DNA of 63,457 nt, filler included, from Atractiella rhizophila (Eukaryota), in the NCBI GenBank assembly GCA_021432655.1. It is 6 parts of 6 records of this genome, joined end to end, with 100 filler letters (N's around TTAATTAATTAA, not from the genome) between each part and the next. Parts side by side here need not be neighbours in the genome. Positions count along the whole stretch, not along the records: positions 1 to 13,701 come from MU271294.1; 5 more parts are not named here. One strand, given 5' to 3'. The notes under the pieces were generated by a model. It was not told where the DNA came from, did not search any database, and saw only the letters and a list, made by a program, of their open reading frames with translations. This document shows, piece after piece, positions 1 to 12,505 of the stretch (position 1 is its first letter; each line of letters begins with the position of its first letter). Made by a program: the position numbers and the translations under genes.

Positions 1-252
1 AAATACCAGCTAAAGAGGAGATAGCATACCTCCAATGTTCTGACGCATATTCTTTCCCCCCGTCCCCCCTCCAGAAGAACTAGACCCAATGTTCCCACTC
101 AGCAAGTTCTCCCTCTCCTTCCCTTTCCCAGGTCCACCACCCCCTTGAGACTGAGATTTGGGGGGCACAGCTGTCGCTGGCTCGTCGTCATCTGGTTCTA
201 TAGAAATCGCAGTCTCTGGAACCGGTATCGAATACCCATTCGTGGACGCCAT
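1..252 (-). CDS. Yip1-domain protein (YIP4/YIPF6-like), first exon only; runs off the window
   Basis: ATG at 252. MASTNGY...GKGKERENLLSGNIGSSS...RQNIGG, then a GTATGC donor at 29. Resembles basidiomycete Yip4/YIPF6 N-termini from memory; the Yip1 domain itself lies outside the window. Confidence 0.5.
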
Positions 253-375
253 TTGTGCTCAGTTTAGTTTGCCTTGCGGAAGTCGTGGAAGGGAAGACGG
301 GCCCCTTAGGCAAAGGCATGCTAAGGGGTTCCAGCAGAAACGAGGAAATTGACAATTTGCTTCTGGAAGTACAGA

Positions 376-846
376 ATGGCAGTGAGCTCTCTCCTTCTTT
401 AATAGGTGGGTAGTGGATTGAAGCGCATTGGGTAGTCGGGAACAGCTTTTCACGGAGGTCCTTCGCGTTGTTTTCCCGTCTGGCAAGGTGCTGTTTCCTG
501 CGCTCATTTCATCAGTCTTTCCTCTGCCTCGAAACTATGACTGATGATTTTATGGATGAATATAGACTTCCAGAAATGCTATCTGAAAGCTGAGAAGCCC
601 TCAGACTGCGTGGGTTACAAAGAGGACTACTACGAGTGTCTGTTCCACACCAAGGAGGTGAGCCATCCATCGTTGTCTCGTCAGGAACTGGGTGGTGACA
701 TTGGTGGTGAATGGAAGATTGAGAGGAACAGAGCGATTCAGAAGGAATATTTGAGGCAGTTGGAAGAGAAGGGAGAGAAGCCGAAGGATGGAGGGGGATT
801 GTTGCAGAGCATTAATGAGCGGATAAGCGAACGACTGAAGAAATGA
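376..846 (+). CDS. NDUFS5: NADH:ubiquinone oxidoreductase accessory subunit NDUFS5 (NIPM/11.5-15 kDa), 4 exons
   Basis: Spliced product MA|SGTAFHGGPSRCFPVWQ|DFQKCYLKAEKPSDCVGYKEDYYECLFHTKE|IERNRAIQ... has the twin Cx9C motif and the EDY.ECL.H.KE signature. GT-AG introns; 6-nt first coding exon. Confidence 0.9.
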
Positions 847-1245
847 GAGATGATATTCTCAGTTATTCTGCTTTCTCCCAGGTTCCTTCAAACAGTGCTG
901 TCCGTCTCGGGTGACAACGTTGTTGAGCAGGTACGACATGACATGTTGACAGCTGGTTGCTGTCTGAGCTCGTAAGTAACAGGTGACTACCGACGACTTG
1001 TAAGGACCCAGGAATGGACCGACGTGATGGCAATTGAGTATTTGGACTAAGGGAATATCATGCATGAGCAGTGCCGTTGCCCGCAGAAAAGCCGACGTAA
1101 TGCGCCTAAAATCCCTAACCGCGGTGCGAACCGCGAACGGGCTGCTGTTGAAACGACGAGTTCACAAAACCCAGCCTGACTCTTGACGACGGTTCTCCCT
1201 CAAAACACCTTCGTTCAGGCCGTCCAGGGATCTTATGCGACATCC

Positions 1246-4200
1246 ATGGCCACCCAGCTTCAAACCGCCCACATCCCAAATCGACCGTCCCTCTCCAGCC
1301 TCCAAACGGACGAAGAGACCCGTCCGCGTCACTCCAGGACTCCATCCGCTTCCTCGAGCATCACTTCTGCCTCAGACGATGAGGAGCCACCAGAGGATAC
1401 GCCCAGAGCGCCGCCTGGAGCTCTGAGGGCTGACATGCTGGAGAAAAGCGCGAGCGAATCAGGCCATGGAGAGGGAACGGGCTTAGTATCATGGGTCAGG
1501 TCGTTCGTCACTCTTCAGCCTATAAAGGAAGGGGTCATCGCGGGAGTCTCGAGCGTCACAGAGTTCGGGAGAGCGAAACCGTCGAGCACGCAGAGGGGGC
1601 CGGGTCAACAACATCGTCGGACGTCGAGCGCCAACACCCCACCTTCCAACGGAAGGCAGCTGTTAGAGGGGTCGGACGCTTCTCCGGCTGTTGTTCTCAG
1701 CTCTCCTGGATCCCCACTCGCTTATAATCAAAGATTGATGTTGGGAAGTTCTAATCGCGCAGGCGCAACGGATGCAGAAAGCGAGGGGTTCAGTTTCTCC
1801 TCTATACCTGGCTTTGGGACGGTGTCTAGTGCCATTGGGTCCATCGGTTCTGCCCTCCCGAAACTCTCAAGCTTGACTCCCGACACTGGACGACGGAAGA
1901 CCAGCGCTACTGGAAGTGGAAGGCAAACGGAGGAAGCAGATGACAGAAAGAGCATGAATCTAGACATTGATCAAGTCACTGGAGAAGGAACGGGAAGCAC
2001 GGGAGGAGGAGGGGAAGAAGTATTCATGACACCCATGCCTTCGCCCCAACCTCTCACTCCCGGTCTCCATCGGTTCACATCCATATCAGACGCAACGCAA
2101 ACGCATGCATCCCCGGCTAGCAGAACGTCGTCATCGCCCGGCCAGGAAAATGGACGGTTTTCAAGCTCCATTACCCACCTGAGCCCCGAGATTATCCCTT
2201 CTCGTTTCCCTTCATCCGCTCCAGCCCAACCGTCCAAGTCAACCACGGCCCCAGGTTCGACGACCAACTTGACTCCATCAGAAGACCAAGAATCGTCCCG
2301 CACGCGTCGCGTCTCTGCTCCCGCCCCTTCACTCTCACAACTTGCAGCGAAGATCCCGGCCGCATCTGCGAATCTAGGACTTACACCCGTCTCTCAGCGT
2401 CCAGCGTCCATGGCCAGCAGTGGGAACGATTCTATGCCTAATTTGGCGAACAAGAGTCCAGCGGCCGCTCAGAAGAAAGGATTCTTTTCGCGCATGGGAA
2501 ACAAGTCAAGCTCTTCGTCCTTTGAGCCAACGAAACTCAATCGAACGTCAACACAGACGAGCCAAACGAAGAGTGTGGGAAGTAAGGATGACAAGGTCCG
2601 GTATATCAAGGTTCGTTTTCCCTTTCCTCCCCTCTCGCGCTCGCTAATTGAGACGGCGGCTTAGACGTGGTCGAAGAACAAGAGCAAGAAAGATTTCGAC
2701 AGGCTGTTTCTAGCCCAAGAGCTCAATATCATGTCTCTACCAAACATCAACGCACCTCCTTCCATCTACCGACAGCCGTCCAGCGATTCTCTCGCCTCCA
2801 ACAACCCTTCAACGTCCGGTCATGGGCGTGTACAATCTGAGGTTGGGCACAACGGGCGTGGAAGAAGTGAAAGTCATCCTGCACGCACTCAGCGCTCCGA
2901 ACCTGGTCATGGACCAGCGTCTGCCGTCCCTATCTCTGAGAGCGGACATGGACACGGTGCGAGGGCGAACACGGCGTCTTCGTCGAAAGGAACGAGTGTG
3001 AATGGGAGCGCAAGAGGGCCGAGCGTGAAGACGGGGAAGGCGATATGGGCGATGAAGTTCTCGTTAGACGGAAGGTTCCTTGCTACTGCCGGACACGATG
3101 GCGTCGTGAGGATATATGAGATTCTTTCTGATCCGGCGGAGAGGGACGAGTCTCTGGTCGATCCTCATACTGGCAAGAGTAACGTGATGCCCATCTTTCA
3201 CCCCATTCCTGTCCTCAGCTTCGCCGATCATACCCAGGATGTCTTGGATTTGGCTTGGAGCAAGAATAACTTCTTGCTCAGCTCCAGCATGGACAAGACT
3301 GGTACGCCATTATCCTCATCCTCATAGGTTGAGAAGCTGAGGCCACAAATACAGTGAGATTGTACCATGTGACCAAGAACACATGTCTCGCGACCTTCCT
3401 GCATCGCGATTTCGTGACATCCATCGCTTTCCGTGAGCACACATTCTCGCATTGTCCTCCCCGCACTCAACTCTTTCTAGATCCTCGAGATGACCGCTTC
3501 TTCATCAGCGGATCTCTGGATGCCAAGTTACGCCTGTGGAATATTCCAGGTACCTGTACCTTTTCTTCTTACCATCCGCTCACGCGTTATACGTGGGAAT
3601 AGAGAAGAAAGTACATCTATGGACTGAAATTCCTGGATTGATAACCTGCGTAAACTTTACCAACGACGGATCCCTCGCCTGCGTGGGCACTTTCACAGGA
3701 GAATGCATGCTGTTCGAATCAGACAGCCTCAAGCTGAACACTTCCATTATGGCGAAGAATGCGAAGAAGGGTGATAAAGGGAATAAGTCGAAGAAGGAGG
3801 AGAAGGGGAGGAAGATTACGCATATTGCGCCGGCAGATGGCAATCGAATCCTCATCACCAGTAACGACTCCAAACACCGTCTTTACTCATTGGCAGACAA
3901 GAGTCTGGAGGAGAAGTATGAAGGACATACCCTGACGAGCGCGCAGATTAAGGTAAGAAGATTTGTTTCATGAGAAAACGTTTCAAATGATGTCATTATT
4001 CCCGCAGGCCACCTTCAGCGATGGTGCGAGCTTTGTGATCAGCGGTTCTGAAGACAAATGGGTGTATCTTTGGGAATCAAAGATTGGTGACTCCCGAAGC
4101 TGGAATTTTAAAAAGCGAGATAAATCTTCGTATGAAGCTTTTCCAGGTGTGTTCCTTCCTTTATTTCCTACTAGAACGGCTCCCTTAATACGAATGCGGA

Positions 4201-6365
4201 TGGTGTAGCGTATTCCAACATCACCACTTGCGCCATCTTTGCTCCCCATCGTACATATCAGCACCTCGCGAAAGCAGGCGATCCTCGTTTTGCTCCGTCG
4301 TCGCGATCTTCGAAGCTCCCAGCACCAGGCGAAGCAACAGCGTCCATGGCCAGCAGTGGGAACGATTCTATGCCTAATTTGGCGAACAAGAGTCCAGCGG
4401 CCGCTCAGAAGAAAGGATTCTTTTCGCGCATGGGAAACAAGTCAAGCTCTTCGTCCTTTGAGCCAACGAAACTCAATCGAACGTCAACACAGACGAGCCA
4501 AACGAAGAGTGTGGGAAGTAAGGATGACAAGGTCCGGTATATCAAGGTTCGTTTTCCCTTTCCTCCCCTCTCGCGCTCGCTAATTGAGACGGCGGCTTAG
4601 ACGTGGTCGAAGAACAAGAGCAAGAAAGATTTCGACAGGCTGTTTCTAGCCCAAGAGCTCAATATCATGTCTCTACCAAACATCAACGCACCTCCTTCCA
4701 TCTACCGACAGCCGTCCAGCGATTCTCTCGCCTCCAACAACCCTTCAACGTCCGGTCATGGGCGTGTACAATCTGAGGTTGGGCACAACGGGCGTGGAAG
4801 AAGTGAAAGTCATCCTGCACGCACTCAGCGCTCCGAACCTGGTCATGGACCAGCGTCTGCCGTCCCTATCTCTGAGAGCGGACATGGACACGGTGCGAGG
4901 GCGAACACGGCGTCTTCGTCGAAAGGAACGAGTGTGAATGGGAGCGCAAGAGGGCCGAGCGTGAAGACGGGGAAGGCGATATGGGCGATGAAGTTCTCGT
5001 TAGACGGAAGGTTCCTTGCTACTGCCGGACACGATGGCGTCGTGAGGATATACGAGATTCTTTCTGATCCGGCGGAGAGGGACGAGTCTCTGGTCGATCC
5101 TCATACTGGCAAGAGTAACGTGATGCCCATCTTTCACCCCATTCCTGTCCTCAGCTTCGCCGATCATACCCAGGATGTCTTGGATTTGGCTTGGAGCAAG
5201 AATAACTTCTTGCTCAGCTCCAGCATGGACAAGACTGGTACGCCATTATCCTCATCCTCATAGGTTGAGAAGCTGAGGCCACAAATACAGTGAGATTGTA
5301 CCATGTGACCAAGAACACATGTCTCGCGACCTTCCTGCATCGCGATTTCGTGACATCCATCGCTTTCCGTGAGCACACATTCTCGCATTGTCCTCCCCGC
5401 ACTCAACTCTTTCTAGATCCTCGAGATGACCGCTTCTTCATCAGCGGATCTCTGGATGCCAAGTTACGCCTGTGGAATATTCCAGGTACCTGTACCTTTT
5501 CTTCTTACCATCCGCTCACGCGTTATACGTGGGAATAGAGAAGAAAGTACATCTATGGACTGAAATTCCTGGATTGATAACCTGCGTAAACTTTACCAAC
5601 GACGGATCCCTCGCCTGCGTGGGCACTTTCACAGGAGAATGCATGCTGTTCGAATCAGACAGCCTCAAGCTGAACACTTCCATTATGGCGAAGAATGCGA
5701 AGAAGGGTGATAAAGGGAATAAGTCGAAGAAGGAGGAGAAGGGGAGGAAGATTACGCATATTGCGCCGGCAGATGGCAATCGAATCCTCATCACCAGTAA
5801 CGACTCCAAACACCGTCTTTACTCATTGGCAGACAAGAGTCTGGAGGAGAAGTATGAAGGACATACCCTGACGAGCGCGCAGATTAAGGTAAGAAGATTT
5901 GTTTCATGAGAAAACGTTTCAAATGATGTCATTATTCCCGCAGGCCACCTTCAGCGATGGTGCGAGCTTTGTGATCAGCGGTTCTGAAGACAAATGGGTG
6001 TATCTTTGGGAATCAAAGATTGGTGACTCCCGAAGCTGGAATTTTAAAAAGCGAGATAAATCTTCGTATGAAGCTTTTCCAGGTGTGTTCCTTCCTTTAT
6101 TTCCTACTAGAACGGCTCCCTTAATACGAATGCGGATGGTGTAGCGTATTCCAACATCACCACTTGCGCCATCTTTGCTCCCCATCGTACATATCAGCAC
6201 CTCGCGAAAGCAGGCGATCCTCGTTTTGCTCCGTCGTCGCGATCTTCGAAGCTCCCAGCACCAGGCGAAGCAGCGACAGCCGAAGATGCCATCATCGTGA
6301 TTGCGGACGATCAGACAGGGATCATCCGAGTCCTTCGAAACTCATTGGTCTACAACACGTCTTGA
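1246..6365 (+). CDS. WD40-repeat protein, WDR44 / yeast YMR102C-DGR2 family (assembly contains an internal 1.94-kb duplication)
   Basis: Long S/P-rich N-terminus, then [94 protein letters not shown]. Ends ADDQTGIIRVLRNSLVYNTS* at 6365. Confidence 0.85.
2402..6272. repeat. Tandem direct duplication, 2402-4336 and 4338-6272 (offset 1936)
   Basis: Identical ORF translations at a 1936-nt offset. The only difference I spotted is a synonymous T/C at 3117/5053. Confidence 0.95.
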
Positions 6366-6768
6366 ATGATTCTTCTTCTCTTTATTCTTTTGGTGTAGTA
6401 GAGGTGCCTGGTTACGTGACTCTTTGACTCCTTAATCGGTTGGCTTGTCTGCCGTTCTTGAATCGCAAGTCCTTGGGTTTATAGCTAATTATGATTCGAT
6501 TTGTACCCTAACAAACAAGATTCCCATCATTTTGTATTTCACCTTGTTTCAATATCAATCATAATTTCGGCTCTACACGTCCCGTTCCCTATTAAGCAGA
6601 TGTAGTGATCTCAAACAACATAACTTCCTCTGCGGTCGGATTTTTGACACGTCGTGATCACAAATTCCACAGCATATTCACAATTGTGCAAGCATCTACG
6701 ACCCCAGCATTTAGTGTAGATTTTAGGTCACCAGTTCGAAACGTCCTAAAATCAAGCTGCTAAGAGCT

Positions 6769-7511
6769 ATGGCTAAGAAGAAAGTGAAATCAGCTGGGGA
6801 AAGTGCAGAAGCGGTGGAGGACACCACACTGGTTGGAGGTCAGGAAGGTGAGTATCCTTTTATTACCAAGGAAGGGTGATAGATTGAGGTGCTGTGTCAT
6901 GTTACTTGGCAGGTGAAGAGAATGAGGCCTCATCTAGGAGTTCAGAAGAAACGATAAAAGTGAATATACGCAATCTTGCCGACCTGAAGAACGCGTGCGA
7001 CGATGCCGTCAAAGAGGTGATTATGCTTCTATCACCTCGCGGTGCCCATTAGAACTCCATGTGCTGAAAGGAACGGGAATAGTACTTTGCACGGTCAGGA
7101 AACTTCAACCGATCCTATCGGCACACAGACGTCCGATTGGTGCTGGGATGGACGGCCGTGATCATTGGCACTGGAGGGAGCGCGTACGGATACATGACTC
7201 CTTTTCATGAGAGCAAGTTGATTGTGGGAGTGTGTGTTGCTATGTATGTCTCTTCTACCACATTTCTCCTCGAATAAGGCTGAATGGAGGACAGTTATGT
7301 TATCCTTTCTTCCCTTCTCGGATTATATATCACTTATGTCGAAGGCGACAACATTTTCTTGGGTAACCGCAAAACCTTCGTCAATTCTAGAGTCTGTTCT
7401 TCCACTCTCTTAGCCAATCTATCTCACTGTGAGACCACAGATACAACTCGAGACCCTCGCCGTGTCCTCCAAAGTCGCAAAAGTCCCTTCCTTCCCTCTC
7501 CTTCCTTGGAC
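6769..7511 (+). CDS. SPC2: Signal peptidase complex subunit 2 (SPC25 family), 3' end lost in gap
   Basis: Spliced: KVNIRNLADLKNACDDAVKE|YF...SYRHTDVRLVLGWTAVIIG...PFHESK...YVILSSLLGLYITYVEGDNIFLGNRK; two TM segments. Confidence 0.88.
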
Positions 7512-8023
7512 NNNNNNNNNNNNNNNNNNNNNNNNNNNNNNNNNNNNNNNNNNNNNNNNNNNNNNNNNNNNNNNNNNNNNNNNNNNNNNNNNNNNNNNNN
7601 NNNNNNNNNNNNNNNNNNNNNNNNNNNNNNNNNNNNNNNNNNNNNNNNNNNNNNNNNNNNNNNNNNNNNNNNNNNNNNNNNNNNNNNNNNNNNNNNNNNN
7701 NNNNNNNNNNNNNNNNNNNNNNNNNNNNNNNNNNNNNNNNNNNNNNNNNNNNNNNNNNNNNNNNNNNNNNNNNNNNNNNNNNNNNNNNNNNNNNNNNNNN
7801 NNNNNNNNNNNNNNNNNNNNNNNNNNNNNNNNNNNNNNNNNNNNNNNNNNNNNNNNNNNNNNNNNNNNNNNNNNNNNNNNNNNNNNNNNNNNNNNNNNNN
7901 NNNNNNNNNNNNNNNNNNNNNNNNNNNNNNNNNNNNNNNNNNNNNNNNNNNNNNNNNNNNNNNNNNNNNNNNNNNNNNNNNNNNNNNNNNNNNNNNNNNN
8001 NNNNNNNNNNNNNNNNNNNNNNN
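7512..8023. other. Scaffold gap (512 N)
   Basis: Run of N. Confidence 1.
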
Positions 8024-8141
8024 TACAATTGAAGCACAGGGAGCAAAGGAGTGGTGTAGAAACCGTCGGAAAAAGAATTTAAGTCATAAAAACACTGACT
8101 TCTATCACTTTACAAGCTCATTTCGTTAAAGCGGTGAAGTT

Positions 8142-11100
8142 TTATGGAGAAGCAGCCCCATTCCTAGCGATATCAGCCAAGATATTTTCGACCATCTGGC
8201 TTGCAATCCTTTGCTGTTCCGTCCTTGCATTCGGATCATCTTCCATCTCGGGAAAAGAAAAGGGCTGCTGAAGGACTGTTGGGGGTTGCATTCCGTTGGC
8301 TGGACCACCGTAGTATGATCCATCATTGGAAGACGACGCAGCATCGATAGTGGTAGCCATCACTGATGGATGCTGCTGATTGAATGCGCCGTAGTAATCG
8401 TGCAGGTTGGCCGAAGCTGAAGATGCCTGTGGAGAAGGAACGTAGACATTTGGCGTATAAGAGTAGGCCTGGGAAAGAGTAGTAGGCGGCAAAGAGGGTT
8501 GGACTGGATAGCTGGGGTACTGTTTAAATGGAGTGGAAGAACTGGAAGGGAATGACGGCGGATTCGAGTATCCTGTTTGTTGGTATTGCTGCTCGGAAAC
8601 GCTGCCAGAAGGAGCTTGATATTGATTCGAAGCCGGATAACCAGTACTGCTGTCAGAAGAATAACCTTGGAAGGAGTGTGTGGTTTGATGGGCAGTCAAA
8701 GCAGCTTCTTCGGGCTGATTCCCATTGTGGTATTGGTACTGGTACTGATATTGATGCTGCGACTGATCCATCACCGGCTGAGGGTAATCAGACGGGCCAA
8801 AACGCGTTGAGCTGGGGATGTAGTTGATTGGGGCGTCCCCTTCCTCCGCTCCAATCGCATATGGGGTAAAACTCGTTGGTGCAGCAAGTGATTGCGAAGG
8901 ATCGTGTGGTGCTGCCGAAAAATGGTAACCTAAGATTGGTTCCTCGACAACCGAGGATAAGTGCGCGGAGAAACCAACTGCTTGATTCGAAGACTGCAAG
9001 GTGCCTGAATGGTCGTATGCGTTTCTCTGGACAGGATCGCTAAGAGGTTGTGAAGGATTGAAAGAGGAGTAGGGGTTGCCATGTGTTGGTGCCCCAGACG
9101 GATTGTTGGCGTAGGTATACAAGTTGCTAAACGATTGACGCGGAGCGATTGCAGGTGCTCCTAGACCTCGAGGATCATGCAGGAAAACCTGATTCTGAGG
9201 CAGAGCTTGAGGTTGATCTTGAAATGGATAGGAGATTGAAGGTTGATTGGTCGTATACCCTACTGCGGCAGGTGCAGAGGAGTAAGGGACATGCGGAGGC
9301 GAGGGATGGAGGGATGTCGAAGGATCTCGGGGGGGTGTGATATATGTCAGCTGCTGCATTTGTTGTTGTTGCGGGTTGAAAGTAGGTATAGAAGTAGGAG
9401 GAGATAGCTGGACTGGCGGGACTTGCTGTTGCTGATGCTGACCAAATGAAGTAGGAGGAGATGGATGCAGTTGCTGCGGCTGTTGTTGCTGGTCAAAGGT
9501 AGGGAGAGAAGTAGGAGGAGATGAATGCAGCTCCTGGGAGCCTGGAGAGATAGTGTTCGGTGGGGAGGGAAGTGGGTGCGTGGGAATCAAAGCTGGCGCG
9601 CGGGGGGACGAATCGCTTGACGACTGGATATTGGTGGTTGAGCTCAGGTCTCGGGTAGTTGTGGAAGGAAACGAACCGGCGTGGTGACAAGGGAAAACCT
9701 GTCCATTGCGCGTTCCAGACTTGCAACATCTTCGGCAAACTACATGCATGGCATCAATCTGTGCTGCAATCGGGTGAGAGTAGCCCACCTTCGATCCGAA
9801 AAATCCCAGTGCCATCTTCGCTGTTTTGATCCCTTGTAGACTCTTCGCCTTCACGGGAGATGGTGACGTTTCAGCAGCTAATCTCACCAACAAGTCGATT
9901 GGGAGAAAATCGAATATATCGCACAGAGCTCGAAACTGAGTAGCTGAGAAACCTTGGATGCCAGGGGGATCCTGAACAAGGTCTCTCGTCAGCAACGCAC
10001 CTTTATGTTCTTAAATGTAGTACCTGCTGTAGTCGCTTCGTCAACCACCCACTGATCTTGTTTATCTCTGACCGCACTCGGGGCTTGTGTGCGTCGTATA
10101 GCTTTTGTAAAGCTGGTGTTGGGCACTTGTCAAGTTGTTCGGAGAGAACTTGGAACCACATAAACAACCTACGCGCATCGCCATTTCATCAGCATCAACG
10201 CAGGACCAAGTGTGGGAAGTGTACGTGGAATCATAGTCGACTTGATCCTGAATGACTTCCCACTCGACTTGTGCCTACACGAATTTATGAGAAATATAGG
10301 CAGGCAAAACGAGAAAGCACCAACTTCTTGTGGCCCTACTTCCCACACTGCGAACTCTCGGTTCAGCCGATTCCAACGATGGTACCGCTGAAACCTATCC
10401 ATCATCGTCTCTAATATCTTCTCCTTCTCCTTCTGCGGACAATTCTTCAAGACGACGGCTGCAAATCACCGCCCCAAATCAGAGCGCCTGTACTTCCACG
10501 TAGAAAGGAAAACGAACAAGCAATAGCATAAGACCTATCGAGAGCCTGACTGGAAGCATACTTGATCAATTCCCTATGCTCACTTGTCGTTTCTGGGTCG
10601 AGCTGTTGCAGGCTTTCGGGCGAGAGGAACAGTCGAGGGTTTATCGGGAGGCTGTTGAATAGGTCCACCGTCTCTTCGTCCCCTATGAGAGGCATCCGAC
10701 GCAAATGCACCGCTATCCGTACATCGGCGACCTGTCGAGGAGGATGAACTGGGGAGAGAGAAAGCAGAAAGCAGACTTACGAAGAGCCATTGCGCGCATG
10801 TCTGTTGAGAGACATCAATGTGGATCTGAACGAAAGGGAAATAAACTTACTCGGTGCAGGAAATGTCGAGTGGAAGATTCGATGGTTTGGTCTCGATAAA
10901 TCGTCCTGAAATGCTGCAGGGCGTAGTCAAAATACTTTGAGGCGATCTTTGGATTATCGCCTTCATTGCCGAGCATCCAATGTCAATAAACAGAAAAAGG
11001 AAAGGTCGGAAAGGACATACGCCACATGATCCTAGCGATATCCAACAAAGTCACCACACTCTCCACAGAAGCTTCTTCGAGCGCCCCAGAATAATCGCAC

Positions 11101-12120
11101 AACCTGAGAGCACGCGTCAAGAGGTTCTGCATCCCAGCTTCTCGCTGTCTGCCAAACTGTCGCAGGTCGCCGGACAGCCGCGGAGGAGTTTTCAAAGCCA
11201 GAGGTCCAAGTAGCGCCTGGGCAGAGATCGAGTCAGAAGCTGCGGGAAAGTCCTACTGAGACGCACCGAGTGGGAGATGGTGCGCGCGGCGTGAGCTGCG
11301 AATGAAAGGTTGCTCATTCAGGTCAGGGGCGTGGGATTCAAAGAAGCAACTCTACCGATTAGGACAGCAACGTGAACCTGCGGGAGCAACTGGAATGAGC
11401 AAGATGCAAGGAGAGCAAGATGGACAGACCTCTGCATATTTGCCTACTTTAGATGCGTCTCTTCCCTTTGCTTCGAAGAGAGCCGGGAGGTTTGGATATA
11501 TCCTTGGAAGGTTTCATTCATGAGTGAGCGGAAAGTTGTGGAATAGAGATATCAATCTCACTTATTACCTACGCAAGTGAGATTAACGGATGCTCAGCGA
11601 GAAGAAACAAAAGCATACATATAGGGTATGGCCACTGTAGGTATGAATGGGAGAGCAATTCGTAAGCGAGTGTCGAAGCAAGATTGCTGAGAACGAGATT
11701 ATTGTTGGCCCTATTACTCGGACCAGCGATTGAGCTCGACGGAAGGTATGAGGACGAGTCTCCGTAGATGATCTGCGCTGTCGCGAGGATCTTTCCCGTC
11801 CTCTTCTCTCTCGGTCCAAGTCTAGAGACCGCGAATGAGGCTGAGCGTGACTGGGTGTGGTCGGGACCAGTGGAGATGCACTGAGTGTCTCTCTGCGCGC
11901 AAGCCACGCAAGGCTCCGCTGGGTTATCGCGCACGCACTTTCGCTGAGCGACAACCATCATATCAGTAGTGTTTAACCACGAGAAAAGAGCGGGGGGTGT
12001 GAAGCCCACACGAACCTTGGCGAGTTTGCAGCTGACACAGGCAGATTTGGCAACGGCAACCGAACCAGCTCGTCGCTTCTTGGGCACCGTTGGCATGGAC
12101 GGAAGGCTGGCTGAGGACAT
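8142..12120 (-). CDS. Zn(II)2Cys6 fungal transcription factor, multi-exon, with long Q/P/S/Y-rich C-terminal exon
   Basis: CVSCKLAK|RKCVRDNPAEPCVACAQRDTQC after removing one intron. Several internal minus-strand exons and a 617-codon terminal exon (8142-9995). Joining them into one gene is inferred. Confidence 0.75.
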
Positions 12121-12505
12121 TCTAGATCATGCGAGATATCCAGATTCGAGCCACAAACTCGACGATTCGACAGTCTCAATTGCTAAACAAGGTTCACAAC
12201 CATGACATGCCATGACAGCTAGCCGAACCTAATTTCGTATTTACTTTGCATCTTTCATCTTCACCACGTTGTCATGACTGGGTTATCAAATAGACAACAA
12301 TTTTTCGAGACCGTGGCATCGTAGATTGTCGCCAGATTCTCTTAATGTTCCTGGAAGTCTAACGTAGCACTTATGAGTGATATAAAGAGCGACAAAGTCC
12401 ATGTTGTATTTATTATGAAATCTAAAGGTCCATTATCCTCCCCTCACTGTCTAGCATTACATGATACCACACTATACACGCACTCCAACAAGTGATGCGA
12501 ACCAT

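Noticed and set aside
7284..8129. Long ORFs spanning the N gap
   Set aside because: Open only because N codons are not stops.
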